Positions 32,201 through 44,084 of a stretch of 64,000 nucleotides of DNA are shown in pieces. The notes under the pieces were generated by a model. That model had not been told where the DNA came from, made no database searches, and saw nothing but the letters and a program-made list of their open reading frames with translations. The position numbers and the translations under genes are program-made. The number at the start of each line of letters is the position of its first letter. The stretch's first letter is position 1. Source of the stretch: an uncultured Methanosarcinaceae archaeon (GTDB lineage Archaea; Halobacteriota; Methanosarcinia; Methanosarcinales; Methanosarcinaceae); contig CAWJYV010000005.1 of the NCBI GenBank assembly GCA_963847185.1, forward strand, positions 61,216 to 125,215. The letters are read 5' to 3'.

Positions 32201-33061
32201 TTATTTCTCTTTCCTTCTACGTTGCGAAATGAACATTATCCCCAGTACTGCTGCAACCGGAATAGCTATTGATGGAAACTCCGGAATTGAGGTATCTGGC
32301 GGTTTAGCTGTTGATGTTACCGTTGCTGTTGCTTCATTTGAGTTAACTGTTTTTCCATTGTATGTACCTGTTGCATATGCTTTATTGGTCACAAAACCAT
32401 TAGTTATATCGCTTGGTTTTATTGTGTACTTAAATGTACCTTTAGCAACTTTGCCAGGATAAAGATAACTTCTATTTAGGGCTATCTTTGCCGTTGTTTT
32501 GTTATCATAAACATTGAGTGTGGAAATTCCTACTTTCCCTATATTTTTCACTATGTAAGTGTACTCTATCACCTGTCCCTCGTGGTCGTAAGTTGAAGTA
32601 TTAGGCGACTTTGTTATTGTAAGAGCTGCGTTCCACACTGTTGCTGAGGCTTCATCCTATATGGTCTTTTTATACCCATTAATATAGAAATAAGTCGTTG
32701 CTGTGGCTGTATTGGTCACGTAACCAGCATTCATATCCCTTGGTTTTATTATATAGTTAGCTGTTCTTGTGACAGTAGCTTGAGGTGCAAGATCTTCGGT
32801 GATAGTGATTATGTCAGGAATTTTGTTATCTGTTATTTGAATATTTTCTGTTATTGTATTTCTTCCTGTATTCTTCACGGTATAAGTATATTTTATAACC
32901 TGCCCTTCATGGTCATATGTTGCACTATCCGCGCTCTTATCAAGGCTTATGGAATAAGCTCCTTTATAGCCACCACCATAATATCCACTTTCACATGCAC
33001 TTGCAGAGCCAACCATGAATAGTAAAAGCACTAAGACTACTATAATTCGTATTATTTTCAT
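32201..33061 (-). CDS. PEF-CTERM protein with two DUF11-like Ig repeats and an in-frame amber (TAG) codon at 32657-32659
   Basis: ORFs 32657-33061 and 32201-32638 share one frame: ...GYKKTI-TAG-DEASATVWNAALTITKS... The signal peptide is in part 1 and PEF-CTERM in part 2. Confidence 0.8.
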
Positions 33062-33422
33062 TTATGGGAACCTCTTTTAAGAAACTAAGATATCTTCTCT
33101 TATAAGTAATATGAACTAATAAACTTATTTAGTTTAATATACTTCAAACTGTATATTTAGTTATATAGACAAATTCGCAATCAGGAGCACACGAATGTTA
33201 AGTTAAACTCTTAAAGATATTGTGACTTTCATTATGTTGCAAAGTATGTATACAAAGGATCTCTGTTCTGTACTCGCTTATTTAGAGCATTCATGGTGAT
33301 TTTTTTCATTCCAAACAAATCAAAGAATTAGCGAATCAGAAATAACAGAGGAAATGAAAGCTTGGGAATATAAGGTCTGAAGAAAAAGAAAAAAGAGGTA
33401 AGAATAAAGAAAAAAAATACAG

Positions 33423-34892
33423 TTATTTCTCTTTCCCTCTACGTTGTAAAATAAACATCAGTCCGACTATTGTTGCAACTGGCAAAACCATTGATGGAAA
33501 CTCTGGAATATCGATATGTGAGCTTACTATTTCAGTAGTAGTATTTGATTTAACTTCTTTACAGTTATATGTGCCTGTTGCAAATGCTTCATTTGCTACT
33601 GAGCCTGCTTTTAGATCAGCTTTAGTTATCGTGTAGGTTGCTGTCCCTGTAATACTTTGTCCGAGTCCAAGAGCATTATTCGATACGAGTACAGTGCCGA
33701 GCTTGTTGTCTGTAACTTTAATAGGTTTGGAGATTACAACATCGCCTGAGTTGGTTACTTTGTAGGTATATGTAATAATCTGTCCTGCACTGCTGTAAAC
33801 TTTTGGAGACGCTGTTTTTTCAAGCTTCAAAGCCGGTTTTTTGGAGACTGTTAAAGTAACTGTTGCTGTTGCATAATTTGAGATAATTGGCTTGTTGTTG
33901 TATGTGCCTGTTGCATATGCTTTATTGGTTATTGAACCCGCATTTATGTCAGCCTGTTTTATTGTATAGGTAACGCTCTTTGTAACGTATTTTCCAGGTG
34001 AGAGAGACGAAGTAGATATTGTCAATGTGCCCAGTTTGTCATCAATAACCTTAATAGGTCCAGAGACTGCGATAGTTCCTGAGTTGGTTACTTTATAAGT
34101 ATATGTGATTGTTTGTCCTGAAGCTTCATACGTCTTTGGAGATGCTGATTTTGTAAGGCTTAAAGCCGGCTTGGAGACTGTGACCGTCGCTGTTGCCTCA
34201 TTCGATTTAATTAATTTATTATTGAAGTAACCTGTTGCGTATGCTTTATTGGTAACAGAACCTGTTTTGATGTCAGCTTGTTTTATTGTGTAAGTAGCAG
34301 TCTTTGTAACACTCTTACCACTCTCAAGACTACCGGTGCTTATTGTAAATGCACCAATTTTGTCGTCGGTAATCTTTATAGGTCCTTTGATCTTTACATT
34401 TCCTGTATTTGTCACTACATACGTATATTTTATTAATTGTCCTGAACTGGAAAAAGTAGTAGGAGATGCCGACTTTACTATCTTCAGAGCAGGCTTATAT
34501 GCGGCTGCGACCTTTACTGTCGCCTTATTCGAATATACCTGCCCATAACTGCTACCTTTTTTGTACTTACCTTTTGCAGAAGCTGTATTGGTCACAGAAC
34601 CAGTATCAAGATCCCCTTGTTTTACCGTATAGATAGCTGTTCCTTTAACGGATTTACCTTTTGCAAGGGTAGTACTTTCCAGCTTCACACTTGTTTTGTC
34701 GTCTGTAATCGTGAGACCTGTTATTTCCTCATTTCCTGTATTTTTCACGATGTATGTGTATGTAATCTTCTGTCCCACGTAAGAATAAGTTGTCGTTGAT
34801 GCTGATTTTTGCAGGCTCATAGAAGCTGCACTTGCAGAGCCAACCATAAATAATAAAAGTACCATAACTCCAATAATACGTACCGTTTTCAT
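33423..34892 (-). CDS. PEF-CTERM protein with four DUF11-like Ig repeats
   Basis: Repeats of KSASP.TY...GQ.ITYTY.V.N.G...TDDK...Y.IKQAD..GS.TN.A.ATG; C-terminal IPEFP. Confidence 0.92.
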   Translation of the reverse strand: MKTVRIIGVMVLLLFMVGSASAASMSLQKSASTTTYSYVGQKITYTYIVKNTGNEEITGLTITDDKTSVKLESTTLAKGKSVKGTAIYTVKQGDLDTGSVTNTASAKGKYKKGSSYGQVYSNKATVKVAAAYKPALKIVKSASPTTFSSSGQLIKYTYVVTNTGNVKIKGPIKITDDKIGAFTISTGSLESGKSVTKTATYTIKQADIKTGSVTNKAYATGYFNNKLIKSNEATATVTVSKPALSLTKSASPKTYEASGQTITYTYKVTNSGTIAVSGPIKVIDDKLGTLTISTSSLSPGKYVTKSVTYTIKQADINAGSITNKAYATGTYNNKPIISNYATATVTLTVSKKPALKLEKTASPKVYSSAGQIITYTYKVTNSGDVVISKPIKVTDNKLGTVLVSNNALGLGQSITGTATYTITKADLKAGSVANEAFATGTYNCKEVKSNTTTEIVSSHIDIPEFPSMVLPVATIVGLMFILQRRGKEK

Positions 34893-35267
34893 TTATTCGA
34901 ACCCCTTTTTAAAAATGAAGAGAACATTTTCCATATACAATTATAAATTGATAAACTTATTTAGTTAAATATACTTCAGACTGTATATTAATGAAAAAAA
35001 GTGTAATCGACAGCATTAGCCATTCAGTATTAAATTAAGTTGTGAAAGATATTAGGGATATTAATTATATGGTGTAGAATTAATAATATTTAGAAGACTA
35101 GAACTTTACTTGCCTTTTATTCTGAAACTTCTTTAACTGGATAAAAAAGATAATTGGGAAGTAAGTTAAGAAGTAGTAAAAGATAAATGAAAAAGTAAGC
35201 TAAGAAGTAACTGAAGAGTATATGAAAAGAACGGAGAAGAAAAAGGAAAAAAGAGGCTTCCAGTTTT

Positions 35268-37277
35268 TCAGACTTTGATCTCTTTCTCCAGCTTCTTAAT
35301 CAACTCCCTGACCTGGATTGCACGCTCGAAATCCAATCTGTCGGCGGCCTCCCGCATCTCGGCATCCAGTTCTATGATAACATTTGGAATATCTGTTTTC
35401 GGGATGTGTTTTACATCAGTTACATCCACTACCTTTTCCCGAATAGGTTTACGGATTGTTTCAGGAATGATTCCGTGTTCCTTGTTATAGGCAATCTGCA
35501 TGGAGCGACGGCGTTCAGTTTCATTAACTGCTTTTTTGATGGAATTTGTTATATTATCCGCGTAGAGGATAACCTTCGAACTGGCGTTCCGGGCTGCACG
35601 GCCTATGATCTGGATGAGGCTTTTTGCATCTCTGAGGAAACCCTCCTTGTCTGCATCCAGAATACCAATAAAGCCTACTTCAGGAATATCAAGTCCTTCC
35701 CTTAACAGGTTGATTCCAACAAGGACATCAAACTTTCCAAGCCGAAGTTCCCGGATAATTTCAGTTCTTTCTATTGTCTTTATATCAGAGTGCAGGTAGC
35801 GGGCCTTGATTTCGTTCTTTGCAAGAAATTCGGTCAGTTCCTCAGCCAGCTTCTTGGTAAGAGTGGTCACAAGGGCCCGATCTCCTCTTTCCACGATCTT
35901 TCGAATCTCCTGCATGACGTCTCTGACCTGACCCTCAAGAGGACGAATCTCAACTTCAGGATCAACAAGCCCTGTAGGACGGATGATCTGTTCCACGATT
36001 TGAGCAGAATGTTCCCTCTCGTAGTCTGCAGGAGTAGCCGAAACGAAAATAATGTTTTTCATATACTTCTCGAATTCATCAAACTTGAGAGGCCTGTTAT
36101 CATAGGCACTCGGTAGCCTGAAACCGTAATCTATAAGGCTCTTTTTTCGTGATCGATCGCCGTTATACATCCCGTGGACCTGGGGAATGGTCTGGTGGCT
36201 TTCATCAATAACCAGCAGAAAATCATCAGGGAAATAGTCAAGCAAACAAAAAGGCTGCTCTCCGGGCTGACGGTGGTCAAAGTGTCTTGAATAGTTCTCA
36301 ATGCCCTTGCAACTGCCGGTTTCCTCTATCATTTCCATATCATAGAGAGTACGCTGTTTCAGTCTGTGAGACTCAAGAAGTCCAAGTTCAGGCAGGCGTT
36401 CTTCAAGCTCTTCAAGAATAGACTGAATTGCAGTCTTCTTTTCCTCTTCAGGAATTACATAGTGCCTGGCAGGATAGACAAAGAAATAATCCATATCTTC
36501 CTTTCTCTGCCCAGTTTGCTTATCCACTTCCGAAATCCTGTCAACCTCGTTTCCAAATAGCTCAATCCGAATGATATCATCAAAGTATCCTGGAATGATG
36601 TCAATAGTATCCCCTTTTACCCTGAAACGCCCGGGCATAAGTTCAAGGTCATTGCGTTCGAACAGGATATCAACAAGTTTCTCGAGAATTTCCTTTCTCT
36701 GAACCTTATCTCCAACTTTCAGTTCAAATCCCATCTTTTGGAAATTTTCAGGATTGCCAAGACCATAGATGCAGGAAACAGAAGCTACAACAATAACATC
36801 CTGGCGAGACATCAGAGAAGCAGTAGCTGCAAGACGCATTTGTTCTATCTTTGGGTTTATCTGGGCATCTTTTTCTATGTACTGATCTTTGGCAGGAAGA
36901 TAAGATTCAGGCTGGTAGTAATCATAATAGGAAACAAAATACTCTACCCTGTTCTCAGGAAAGAATTCTCTGAACTCGTTGTAGAGCTGGGCAGCCAGAG
37001 TTTTATTATGTGCAATAACCAGTGTAGGTTTCCTTACATGGTTAATGACGTTTGCAACAGTATATGTTTTTCCTGACCCTGTTACTCCAAGCAGGGTCTG
37101 AAACTGGTTTTCATTCTTCAGTCCTTCCACAAGTTTTTCAATTGCCTGTGGCTGGGAACCTCTGGGTTCAAAATCGGAAACAAGCTTAAACTGTGGACTG
37201 TCTTTGTATCGAGCATCGCGAATTATGTCGGACAATTTGTGAGATGACGGTTCTAATGTCTGATCTGAAGATTTCAT
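35268..37277 (-). CDS. uvrB: Excinuclease ABC subunit B
   Basis: LLGVTGSGKT, YFVSYYDYYQPESY, DESH and C-terminal UVR domain. Confidence 0.98.
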   Translation of the reverse strand: MKSSDQTLEPSSHKLSDIIRDARYKDSPQFKLVSDFEPRGSQPQAIEKLVEGLKNENQFQTLLGVTGSGKTYTVANVINHVRKPTLVIAHNKTLAAQLYNEFREFFPENRVEYFVSYYDYYQPESYLPAKDQYIEKDAQINPKIEQMRLAATASLMSRQDVIVVASVSCIYGLGNPENFQKMGFELKVGDKVQRKEILEKLVDILFERNDLELMPGRFRVKGDTIDIIPGYFDDIIRIELFGNEVDRISEVDKQTGQRKEDMDYFFVYPARHYVIPEEEKKTAIQSILEELEERLPELGLLESHRLKQRTLYDMEMIEETGSCKGIENYSRHFDHRQPGEQPFCLLDYFPDDFLLVIDESHQTIPQVHGMYNGDRSRKKSLIDYGFRLPSAYDNRPLKFDEFEKYMKNIIFVSATPADYEREHSAQIVEQIIRPTGLVDPEVEIRPLEGQVRDVMQEIRKIVERGDRALVTTLTKKLAEELTEFLAKNEIKARYLHSDIKTIERTEIIRELRLGKFDVLVGINLLREGLDIPEVGFIGILDADKEGFLRDAKSLIQIIGRAARNASSKVILYADNITNSIKKAVNETERRRSMQIAYNKEHGIIPETIRKPIREKVVDVTDVKHIPKTDIPNVIIELDAEMREAADRLDFERAIQVRELIKKLEKEIKV

Positions 37278-37412
37278 ACAATCAAGACCTTAAATATTGG
37301 AAAATTAAGTGACGGAGTATACATGCAGTTAAAGCAACGGTACAGGCACTAAAGACCAACGGCATATATAATTAAAAATCAATGAATTTGACAATTACTG
37401 ATCTCGATAATT

Positions 37413-38963
37413 TTACTGGATCAGTGATTTTTGCCTGAGCAGGCGGTTGTAGGTGATTGCAAACCTGTGAGCTTCATCCCTGATTTCCTGGACAAAGAGA
37501 GAGGCTTTTTCATTTCTTTTGATTGGAAGAGGATGTTTTAGCCCGGGGACATAGATTTCTTCTTCCCTTTTGGCTATGGAAATCATCGGAATCCTGAGTT
37601 TCAGCTCCCGTAGCTCATGAAAAGCTGAAGAAAGCTGTCCTTTTCCTCCGTCTATGATAATTAAGTCAGGCATTTCGTGTTTATCCTCAAGGAGGCGAGA
37701 ATAACGCCTGCGGACAACTTCGGCAATAGAAGCAAAGTCATCGATCCCTTCTACACTCTCTATTTTAAAGCGGCGGTAGTTGTGTTTGTCAGGCCTGCCT
37801 CCCCGGAACTGGACCATGGAACCGACAGTTGCAGTGCCTGAAAGGTGGGAGATATCAAAACATTCGATAACATTCGGGAGTTTTGAAAGGGAAAGTTTAC
37901 TCTGCAGGGCTTCGAGTTTTTTCCGGTCTCCGAAAAAGCCTATCTCGATATTTTTCAGTGCAAGGTCCAGAAGGTCTTTTTTCTCTCCCTGTTTTGGAAC
38001 CGTAATTTTTACTTTCTTCCCTTTCACGTGGGTAAGGAAATCTGCAAGTGACTCTTCCAGAGGTTCAAACAGAATAAGTTCTTCAGGAGGTTCGTTTTCG
38101 GAATAGTACTGCACAAGGAACTCTTCCAGGAAATTCTCCCCGAAGGCAAAGACATAGTCCTGCTTGTCTTCAAGCGTGCCTTTGTAAACTTTGAAGAGCA
38201 TAAGATATACGGTGTCATCCCTTACAATATAGCTCAGGATATCTTCATTATGCTTCTTCTGTCTCTCCATATTCTGCTTTTCCTGAAGGCTTTCAAGAGC
38301 GGAAATCTCATCCCTGAGGGCCATAGCCTGTTCAAACTGTTGCTTTGCAGCCAGCTCTCTCATTTCCTTTTCCATAGATTCGAGAAGTTCCTTAGTATTG
38401 CCTTTCAGGACAGAAGTAGCTCGCTTTACTTTTTCTCCATACTCTTCCTGGGAAATTGCCTCAATACAGGGCCCGCTGCACGCTCCAATATGATAGCGAA
38501 GACAGGCACGTTTAGGCATCTGTTTGCAGGTTCTGAGCTGGAAAGTCTTTCTTACAACCTCAAAAACATAATCTCTCTCCTTTGCGGAAACAAAGGGCCC
38601 GAAAAAATTTCCGTTATCTATCATCTTTCTGGCAAGCCTGATCCTGGGAAACTTTTCTTCAGTCAGATGGATTGAAGCATACCGCTTTGAATCCTTGAGA
38701 GTAATATTATACCTTGGCCAGTGTTTTTTAATCAGAGTATTTTCCAGGAGGAAAGCTTCGACTTCAGTATTTGTGACAATAAAGTCAAGGCTTCTTATAG
38801 CCTGCACAAGGCTCTCTGTTTTGGGATCATGGTTTCTTTTCTGGAAATAGCTACTTACTCTTTTTTTAAGATCCTTTGCTTTCCCAACATACAGCACAAT
38901 TCCCTCTTCGTTTTTGAAAAGGTAACATCCGGGCAGGTGAGGAAGAGCTTCCAGGTCAATCAT
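37413..38963 (-). CDS. uvrC: Excinuclease ABC subunit C (short form, no HhH tail)
   Basis: GIY-YIG LPHLPGCYLF..LYVGKAKDLKKRVSSYF, IECFDISH, DGGKGQ and RDEAHRFA. Confidence 0.97.
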   Translation of the reverse strand: MIDLEALPHLPGCYLFKNEEGIVLYVGKAKDLKKRVSSYFQKRNHDPKTESLVQAIRSLDFIVTNTEVEAFLLENTLIKKHWPRYNITLKDSKRYASIHLTEEKFPRIRLARKMIDNGNFFGPFVSAKERDYVFEVVRKTFQLRTCKQMPKRACLRYHIGACSGPCIEAISQEEYGEKVKRATSVLKGNTKELLESMEKEMRELAAKQQFEQAMALRDEISALESLQEKQNMERQKKHNEDILSYIVRDDTVYLMLFKVYKGTLEDKQDYVFAFGENFLEEFLVQYYSENEPPEELILFEPLEESLADFLTHVKGKKVKITVPKQGEKKDLLDLALKNIEIGFFGDRKKLEALQSKLSLSKLPNVIECFDISHLSGTATVGSMVQFRGGRPDKHNYRRFKIESVEGIDDFASIAEVVRRRYSRLLEDKHEMPDLIIIDGGKGQLSSAFHELRELKLRIPMISIAKREEEIYVPGLKHPLPIKRNEKASLFVQEIRDEAHRFAITYNRLLRQKSLIQ

Positions 38964-38966
38964 ATT

Positions 38967-39067
38967 TTTTAAGCCTCTTTTTCAAGCTCTGTTTTTAAGT
39001 CTCTTTTCTAAGCATCTTTTCTAAGCCTCTTTTTTAAGCCTCTTTTTTAAGCCTCGTTTTAAGTCCT
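38967..39067. repeat. Degenerate ~14-bp tandem repeat between uvrA and uvrC
   Basis: About 7 copies of a TTTTAAGCCTCTTT-like unit. Confidence 0.8.
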
Positions 39068-39109
39068 TAAAATTCTTTCAACTTCAAGTCTCTAGTTTAG
39101 GGATTACTC

Positions 39110-42100
39110 TCAAAGCATGGGCTCTTCAAAAGCTTTACCTGCTCTTTGTTTGTTATGCTTGAATTTTTCAGAGCCCTCAGAATCTTCAAAGTCTTCAGCA
39201 TCATCTTCCCCGACGTCGCCTTCAGATTCTTCGTAATCGGTTTCAAAAGCTTCCCCTTCTTCGAAAACGGCTTCTATGGGCTCAGCTGCGGCTTCCACGT
39301 ATAAATCCCCTCCAGGAAGCCTGGGTGCAAGGAAATGAGCAGTATGGCTTCCTTCAACCATGGCCACTTCCTCAGGTGTGCCAGCAGCAATTATCTCTCC
39401 GCCTGCATTTCCACCTTCAGGACCGAGATCGATTATGTAATCTGCTGATTTAATAACATCCAGGTTGTGCTCGATTACAACGACAGTATTACCTTTTGCA
39501 ACAAGCCCATTCAGGACAGAGATCAGTTTCTTTACGTCGTGGAAGTGAAGCCCTGTAGTCGGCTCATCAAGTAGATAGATAGTCTTTCCAGTACCTTTTT
39601 TAGAGAGCTCTCTTGTTAGTTTAATCCTCTGGGCTTCCCCTCCGGAAAGCGTTGTCGAACTCTGTCCGAGCTTGACGTAGCCGAGTCCAACTCTGTTAAG
39701 GGTATCGAGTTTTCCTTTAATTGCAGGAATGTTCTCAAAATGCTCTGCAGCCTCTTCTACTGTCATATCCAGAACTTCTGCAATTGATTTTCCTCTGTAT
39801 TTTACTTCGAGGGTTTCCCTGTTATAACGGGTACCTTTGCATTCTTCGCACTCGATGTACACATCAGGAAGGAAATTCATTTCGATCTTGATTAGCCCGT
39901 CCCCCTGACAGGCCTCACAGCGTCCTCCTTTTACGTTGAAAGAGAAACGGCCGTTCTTATAGCCACGGATTTTTGCTTCCTTAGTGTCGGCAAAAGCCTG
40001 TCTTACAGCATCAAAAACCTTAGTATATGTGGCTGGGTTAGAGCGCGGGGTTCTGCCAATAGGACTCTGATCAATAACGATTACCTTGTCGATTTCAGAA
40101 TCAAAAGCCAGTTCGTCATAGTCTCCAGGAGTTACATTTGATTTGTGGATTTTCTTCATCAGGGCTTTGTACAGAGTGTCATAGATAAGTGTGGATTTGC
40201 CTGATCCCGAGACGCCGGTAACCACCGTCAGGAGGCCTACAGGGATATTCACATCAACATTTTTCAGGTTATTTGCCCTGCAGCCTCTAAGCCGGATGAA
40301 AGCCTCGCTCTGCCGTCTGAAAGCTGGAGGCTTTATCTGTTTTTCTCCTGAAAGGTACTGGCCTGTCAGAGATCCGGGATTCTTTTCGATTTCTTCAGGC
40401 GTACCTTCAGCTACCACATAGCCTCCATGTATACCTGCGCCCGGCCCTATGTCAAGTACATGATCCGCAGCCCTGATTGTATCCTCATCATGTTCCACGA
40501 CTATCAGGGTATTTCCAAGATCTCTCAGGGTCTGGAGAGTCTGAATAAGTCTTTCGTTATCCCGCTGGTGCAGTCCTATCGATGGCTCGTCGAGTACGTA
40601 GAGCACACCCATGAGGTTTGAACCAATCTGGGTTGCCAGCCTGATTCTCTGGGCTTCTCCGCCTGAGAGGGTGCCTGCATTTCGGGAAAGAGTAAGATAG
40701 CCGAGTCCTACATGCTCAAGGAAACCGAGTCTTGAGCGAATTTCTTTTAAAACCTGTTTTGCGATTTCTTTTTCCTTTTCCGAGAGGTTTAAGTTCTCAA
40801 AAAACCGGATAGATTCTATAATTGAGAGATCAGTTGCATCAACAATGGATTTATCACCAATTTTTACTGCAAGCACTTTTTCCTTCAGGCGCTTGCCTTC
40901 ACACTTCGGGCAGGGCCTAACCTGCATGAATTTCTCCAGTTCTTTTCGCCGGTACTCGGATTTAGTCTGGTTGTACAGCCTTTCAGACTGCGGGAGAAGT
41001 CCTTCCCATGTGCCTTTATGAGACCATTGTGCATCCCCGTTCTTCATGCTCATATTGAAATGGATGAGTTCTTCCGAGCCGGACATGAGAGCGTTGTATT
41101 GCTCGTCTGAAAGTGCTTCAATGGGAGTGAATATATCAAAACCGAAGTGTTTTGCCACAGCTGCCAGATGCTGGCTCCTGTAACCATCAAGGTAATTCCT
41201 GTACAGGGCCACAGCTGCATCTGCGATACAGAGAGTTTTGTCCGGGATAATCAGGTCAGGGTCAAACTCCATTTTGATTCCAAGCCCATTACAGGCTTCA
41301 CAGGCTCCAAAGGGACTGTTAAACGAAAACATCCTGGGCTGGAGTTCTTCAAAAGCCATTCCGCAGACAGGACAGGCCATGTTTGAGGAGTAAAGGTGGT
41401 CTTTTCCTTCAGAATTGACAGCAATCAAGAGCCCTTCTGCCTTTTTAAGGGCATTTTCGCAGGCTTCGACAAGCCTTGAACGGTCTTCTCCAGGATCAAG
41501 CCTGTCAACCACTACTTCAATGTCATGTTTTTTGTAACGGTCAAGGGAAATCTCTTCATCTGTCCTGTGGATCTCCCCGTTTACACGGACCCTGGTGAAA
41601 CCCTCAGTGTTCAAATCCTTAAAGAGCTGCTGATAGGTCCCTTTTTTCTGGCGGACAACCGGGGCAAGGATGGTAACCGTATCTCTATTTTCCCTGCTTA
41701 TGCTGTCGGCAATCCTTTCAGGGGATTGAGACTCGATTTTGATATTGTGAATAGGACAGTAAGGAGTCCCGACTCTGGCAAAAAGCAGCCTCAGGTAATC
41801 GTAAATTTCGGTTACTGTCCCTACAGTACTCCGGGGGTTTTTTGATGTGGTTTTCTGCTCAATGGAAATTGCCGGGGATAACCCTTCTATGCTGTCCACA
41901 TCCGGCTTATTCATAAGCCCAAGGAACTGTCTAGCATAAGCTGAGAGGGATTCCACATAACGCCTCTGTCCTTCAGCATAAATAGTGTCAAAAGCCAGAG
42001 TGGATTTCCCGGAGCCTGATACCCCTGTGATAACAATGAACTTGTCCCGTGGGAGGTCAACCGTGATATTTTTCAGGTTGTGTTCCCGTGCCCCTTTAAT

Positions 42101-42115
42101 AATGATATCTTTCAT
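39110..42115 (-). CDS. uvrA: Excinuclease ABC subunit A
   Basis: Two GVSGSGKS Walker A motifs, LSGGEAQRI twice, zinc fingers and an acidic C-terminal tail. Confidence 0.98.
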   Translation of the reverse strand: MKDIIIKGAREHNLKNITVDLPRDKFIVITGVSGSGKSTLAFDTIYAEGQRRYVESLSAYARQFLGLMNKPDVDSIEGLSPAISIEQKTTSKNPRSTVGTVTEIYDYLRLLFARVGTPYCPIHNIKIESQSPERIADSISRENRDTVTILAPVVRQKKGTYQQLFKDLNTEGFTRVRVNGEIHRTDEEISLDRYKKHDIEVVVDRLDPGEDRSRLVEACENALKKAEGLLIAVNSEGKDHLYSSNMACPVCGMAFEELQPRMFSFNSPFGACEACNGLGIKMEFDPDLIIPDKTLCIADAAVALYRNYLDGYRSQHLAAVAKHFGFDIFTPIEALSDEQYNALMSGSEELIHFNMSMKNGDAQWSHKGTWEGLLPQSERLYNQTKSEYRRKELEKFMQVRPCPKCEGKRLKEKVLAVKIGDKSIVDATDLSIIESIRFFENLNLSEKEKEIAKQVLKEIRSRLGFLEHVGLGYLTLSRNAGTLSGGEAQRIRLATQIGSNLMGVLYVLDEPSIGLHQRDNERLIQTLQTLRDLGNTLIVVEHDEDTIRAADHVLDIGPGAGIHGGYVVAEGTPEEIEKNPGSLTGQYLSGEKQIKPPAFRRQSEAFIRLRGCRANNLKNVDVNIPVGLLTVVTGVSGSGKSTLIYDTLYKALMKKIHKSNVTPGDYDELAFDSEIDKVIVIDQSPIGRTPRSNPATYTKVFDAVRQAFADTKEAKIRGYKNGRFSFNVKGGRCEACQGDGLIKIEMNFLPDVYIECEECKGTRYNRETLEVKYRGKSIAEVLDMTVEEAAEHFENIPAIKGKLDTLNRVGLGYVKLGQSSTTLSGGEAQRIKLTRELSKKGTGKTIYLLDEPTTGLHFHDVKKLISVLNGLVAKGNTVVVIEHNLDVIKSADYIIDLGPEGGNAGGEIIAAGTPEEVAMVEGSHTAHFLAPRLPGGDLYVEAAAEPIEAVFEEGEAFETDYEESEGDVGEDDAEDFEDSEGSEKFKHNKQRAGKAFEEPML

Positions 42116-42798
42116 TTTCCTTCTCTCAGGTTTTTCTTGTCTCGGTTGAATCTATTAAAGTGAAAATTCAAAGGATCGGTAAATTGGATTTCTAAAAAGT
42201 ATAAGTGAAAATTTTGAAATGGGGATTTTAAAGTTTAAGACCTAAAATATATGAAAACTGAGGTACATAACAAAAAGTGAGCTTTTTTATTAAAAATACT
42301 AAGTGATAGATGGATAGCTAGATTTCTTTTTTATAGAGTTGTGGATCTTTAACGCCGTTGCCAACATTATTCACACTATTTTATCTTGCTGAATGAGTAA
42401 GGTAGTATTATGCCTGAAATATAATATTAAATTTATTAATTTGAATTTATTAAAAGTAATATCTTATATATATAGTTTAATGTGCCATATCTGCTACATA
42501 TAGTTTAGGAGAATAGAGTGAAAGTATTATAATTGAAAATAGAATCATGGCCTGAATTAATTAAGTAATATTTTCACATTCTTGATTTATTTGGTAAAAC
42601 ATTCGGGATACCTAAAGTGTTTACCCTATGAGTGACCTCGGGTAGCCCGGAACTATAATAAAAGGGAATTTGACCTTGCCGACCCGTACGTAATTCCATA
42701 ATCTAAACTGTATCTTGTTGTTTCGAATCATCATAGACTACAAGATGCTATATTCTAAAACGTTAATATACAACCGAACTTTCAAAAAGTAAAATCTA

Positions 42799-42916
42799 TA
42801 GGACTTACGCACTTGAGATCCAAAACCAAGAATAATAAACATCGTGGTTTAAGTATGTATTTTAGACATTTAACGGTTCGAAGCTACCGTTTTTCAGTTC
42901 AAATGCATCAGTCATA
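42799..42916. mobile_element. 118-bp MITE with TAGGACTTACGCA-type TIR
   Basis: TAGGACTTACGCACTTGA left end and degenerate right end; homologous, in the opposite orientation, to 49869-49986. Confidence 0.7.
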
Positions 42917-43016
42917 TCCCAGTTGTAGAATAAATTTAATTTTAAGACAGGCTCTTACAGAATGAGCTAATTAACATGATAATAGGTATTATAAAGAAGC
43001 AAAGGAGGCTAAGAAA

Positions 43017-43271
43017 ATGGGTATCCTGAAAAATATTTTAGGCAAAGAAGAAACTGAAACCAAAAAGGAATCTAAAAAGGCTAAAGATGATGCAAATAGA
43101 GAGAAAATGAGAACACCTTCGCCGGTAAAGACATCAACCTTTGATAAAGTTAAATCACAAAAAGAACAGAGTGCAAAGAAGGCACCAAAAGTTAAAGCTG
43201 AACATGCAGCACAAAAAGCCGCTCAAAAATCAGCACAAAAATCAGCACAGAAAACAGTAAAGCGCAGATGA
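43017..43271 (+). CDS. Small Lys-rich low-complexity protein
   Basis: GGAGG SD; 84 aa with AQKS repeats. Confidence 0.75.
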   Translation: MGILKNILGKEETETKKESKKAKDDANREKMRTPSPVKTSTFDKVKSQKEQSAKKAPKVKAEHAAQKAAQKSAQKSAQKTVKRR

Positions 43272-43274
43272 TTT

Positions 43275-43325
43275 TAGGACTTGCGCGGTTGAACTGAGAA
43301 ATCAATAACATCTGCGTAAATCCTA
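43275..43325. mobile_element. 51-bp mini-MITE of the same TIR family
   Basis: TAGGACTTGCGC ... GCGTAAATCCTA inverted ends. Confidence 0.6.
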
Positions 43326-43754
43326 TCATATACACAAAACCTGCATCCACTATCGGAATATGTAGAACAGACTGTTCCTGCACCTGTCTTTGTTTTATAC
43401 CTGTGTCTGTAGTCAGGAAGCTCGGAACTACAATAATAGGGTATAGGAAGACCGAACCATACGTAATTTTAATAATTAAATAATTGACTTCTACGGATTT
43501 TTAATAATCAAATAATTTTGTAACTACTCTGGGTATAATTACTGGCGCTCCTTTGAGCGCCGCTAGAATACTATCCCATAACCGGCAAATTATTTTTTCT
43601 GATTGTAGAAATATAAGCTCTAATTCTGCCGAAAACTTCCGCTCCTTGTGTGGTCCTGAAAGTCCCTGATTCCGGAAACTATATCTCTTCTTATGCCAAT
43701 CTACTCTTAATTATTTTCAAGCCTTTCTATAAAATGCAGAGAAGATGGTTGGCT

Positions 43755-44084
43755 ATGGATAAGCCTTATATGAAAATTTTAAGTTTCACGTTCTATGTAT
43801 TGATAATTCTTTCAGTTTTTGCCTTTGTTGAGGAAAGAGAATTTTTGGCTATAAGATCTTCTTCTGGAGATGAGGGTAAAGCTTTTTTCATCGTTAATGA
43901 AGGAGAATCGCAGTCAGAAAATTCTCGTTATGACAATGAACCTACTTATGAGGGTCAAATTACAGGTGTACCGACTTCTGGATTAATTGATCCAGAAAAA
44001 GGTAAGGATGTTCCGGGTCCCAGCTACATAATTTCTCTGGCAGTTTTCGGGTTGGCTTATCGCCTGAGAATATACAAAAAATAA
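43755..44084 (+). CDS. Small surface protein with PGF-CTERM-like tail (PGP)
   Basis: N-terminal hydrophobic segment; C-terminal VPGPSYIISLAVFGLAYRLRIYKK. Confidence 0.6.
   Translation: MDKPYMKILSFTFYVLIILSVFAFVEEREFLAIRSSSGDEGKAFFIVNEGESQSENSRYDNEPTYEGQITGVPTSGLIDPEKGKDVPGPSYIISLAVFGLAYRLRIYKK

Noticed and set aside
38967-39067. uvrA-uvrC 14-bp tandem repeat as a functional array
   Set aside because: It is a degenerate T-rich slippage repeat with no spacers.
35275-41845. Plus-strand ORFs inside uvrABC, and similar antisense ORFs elsewhere
   Set aside because: They are shadow frames of well-supported genes.
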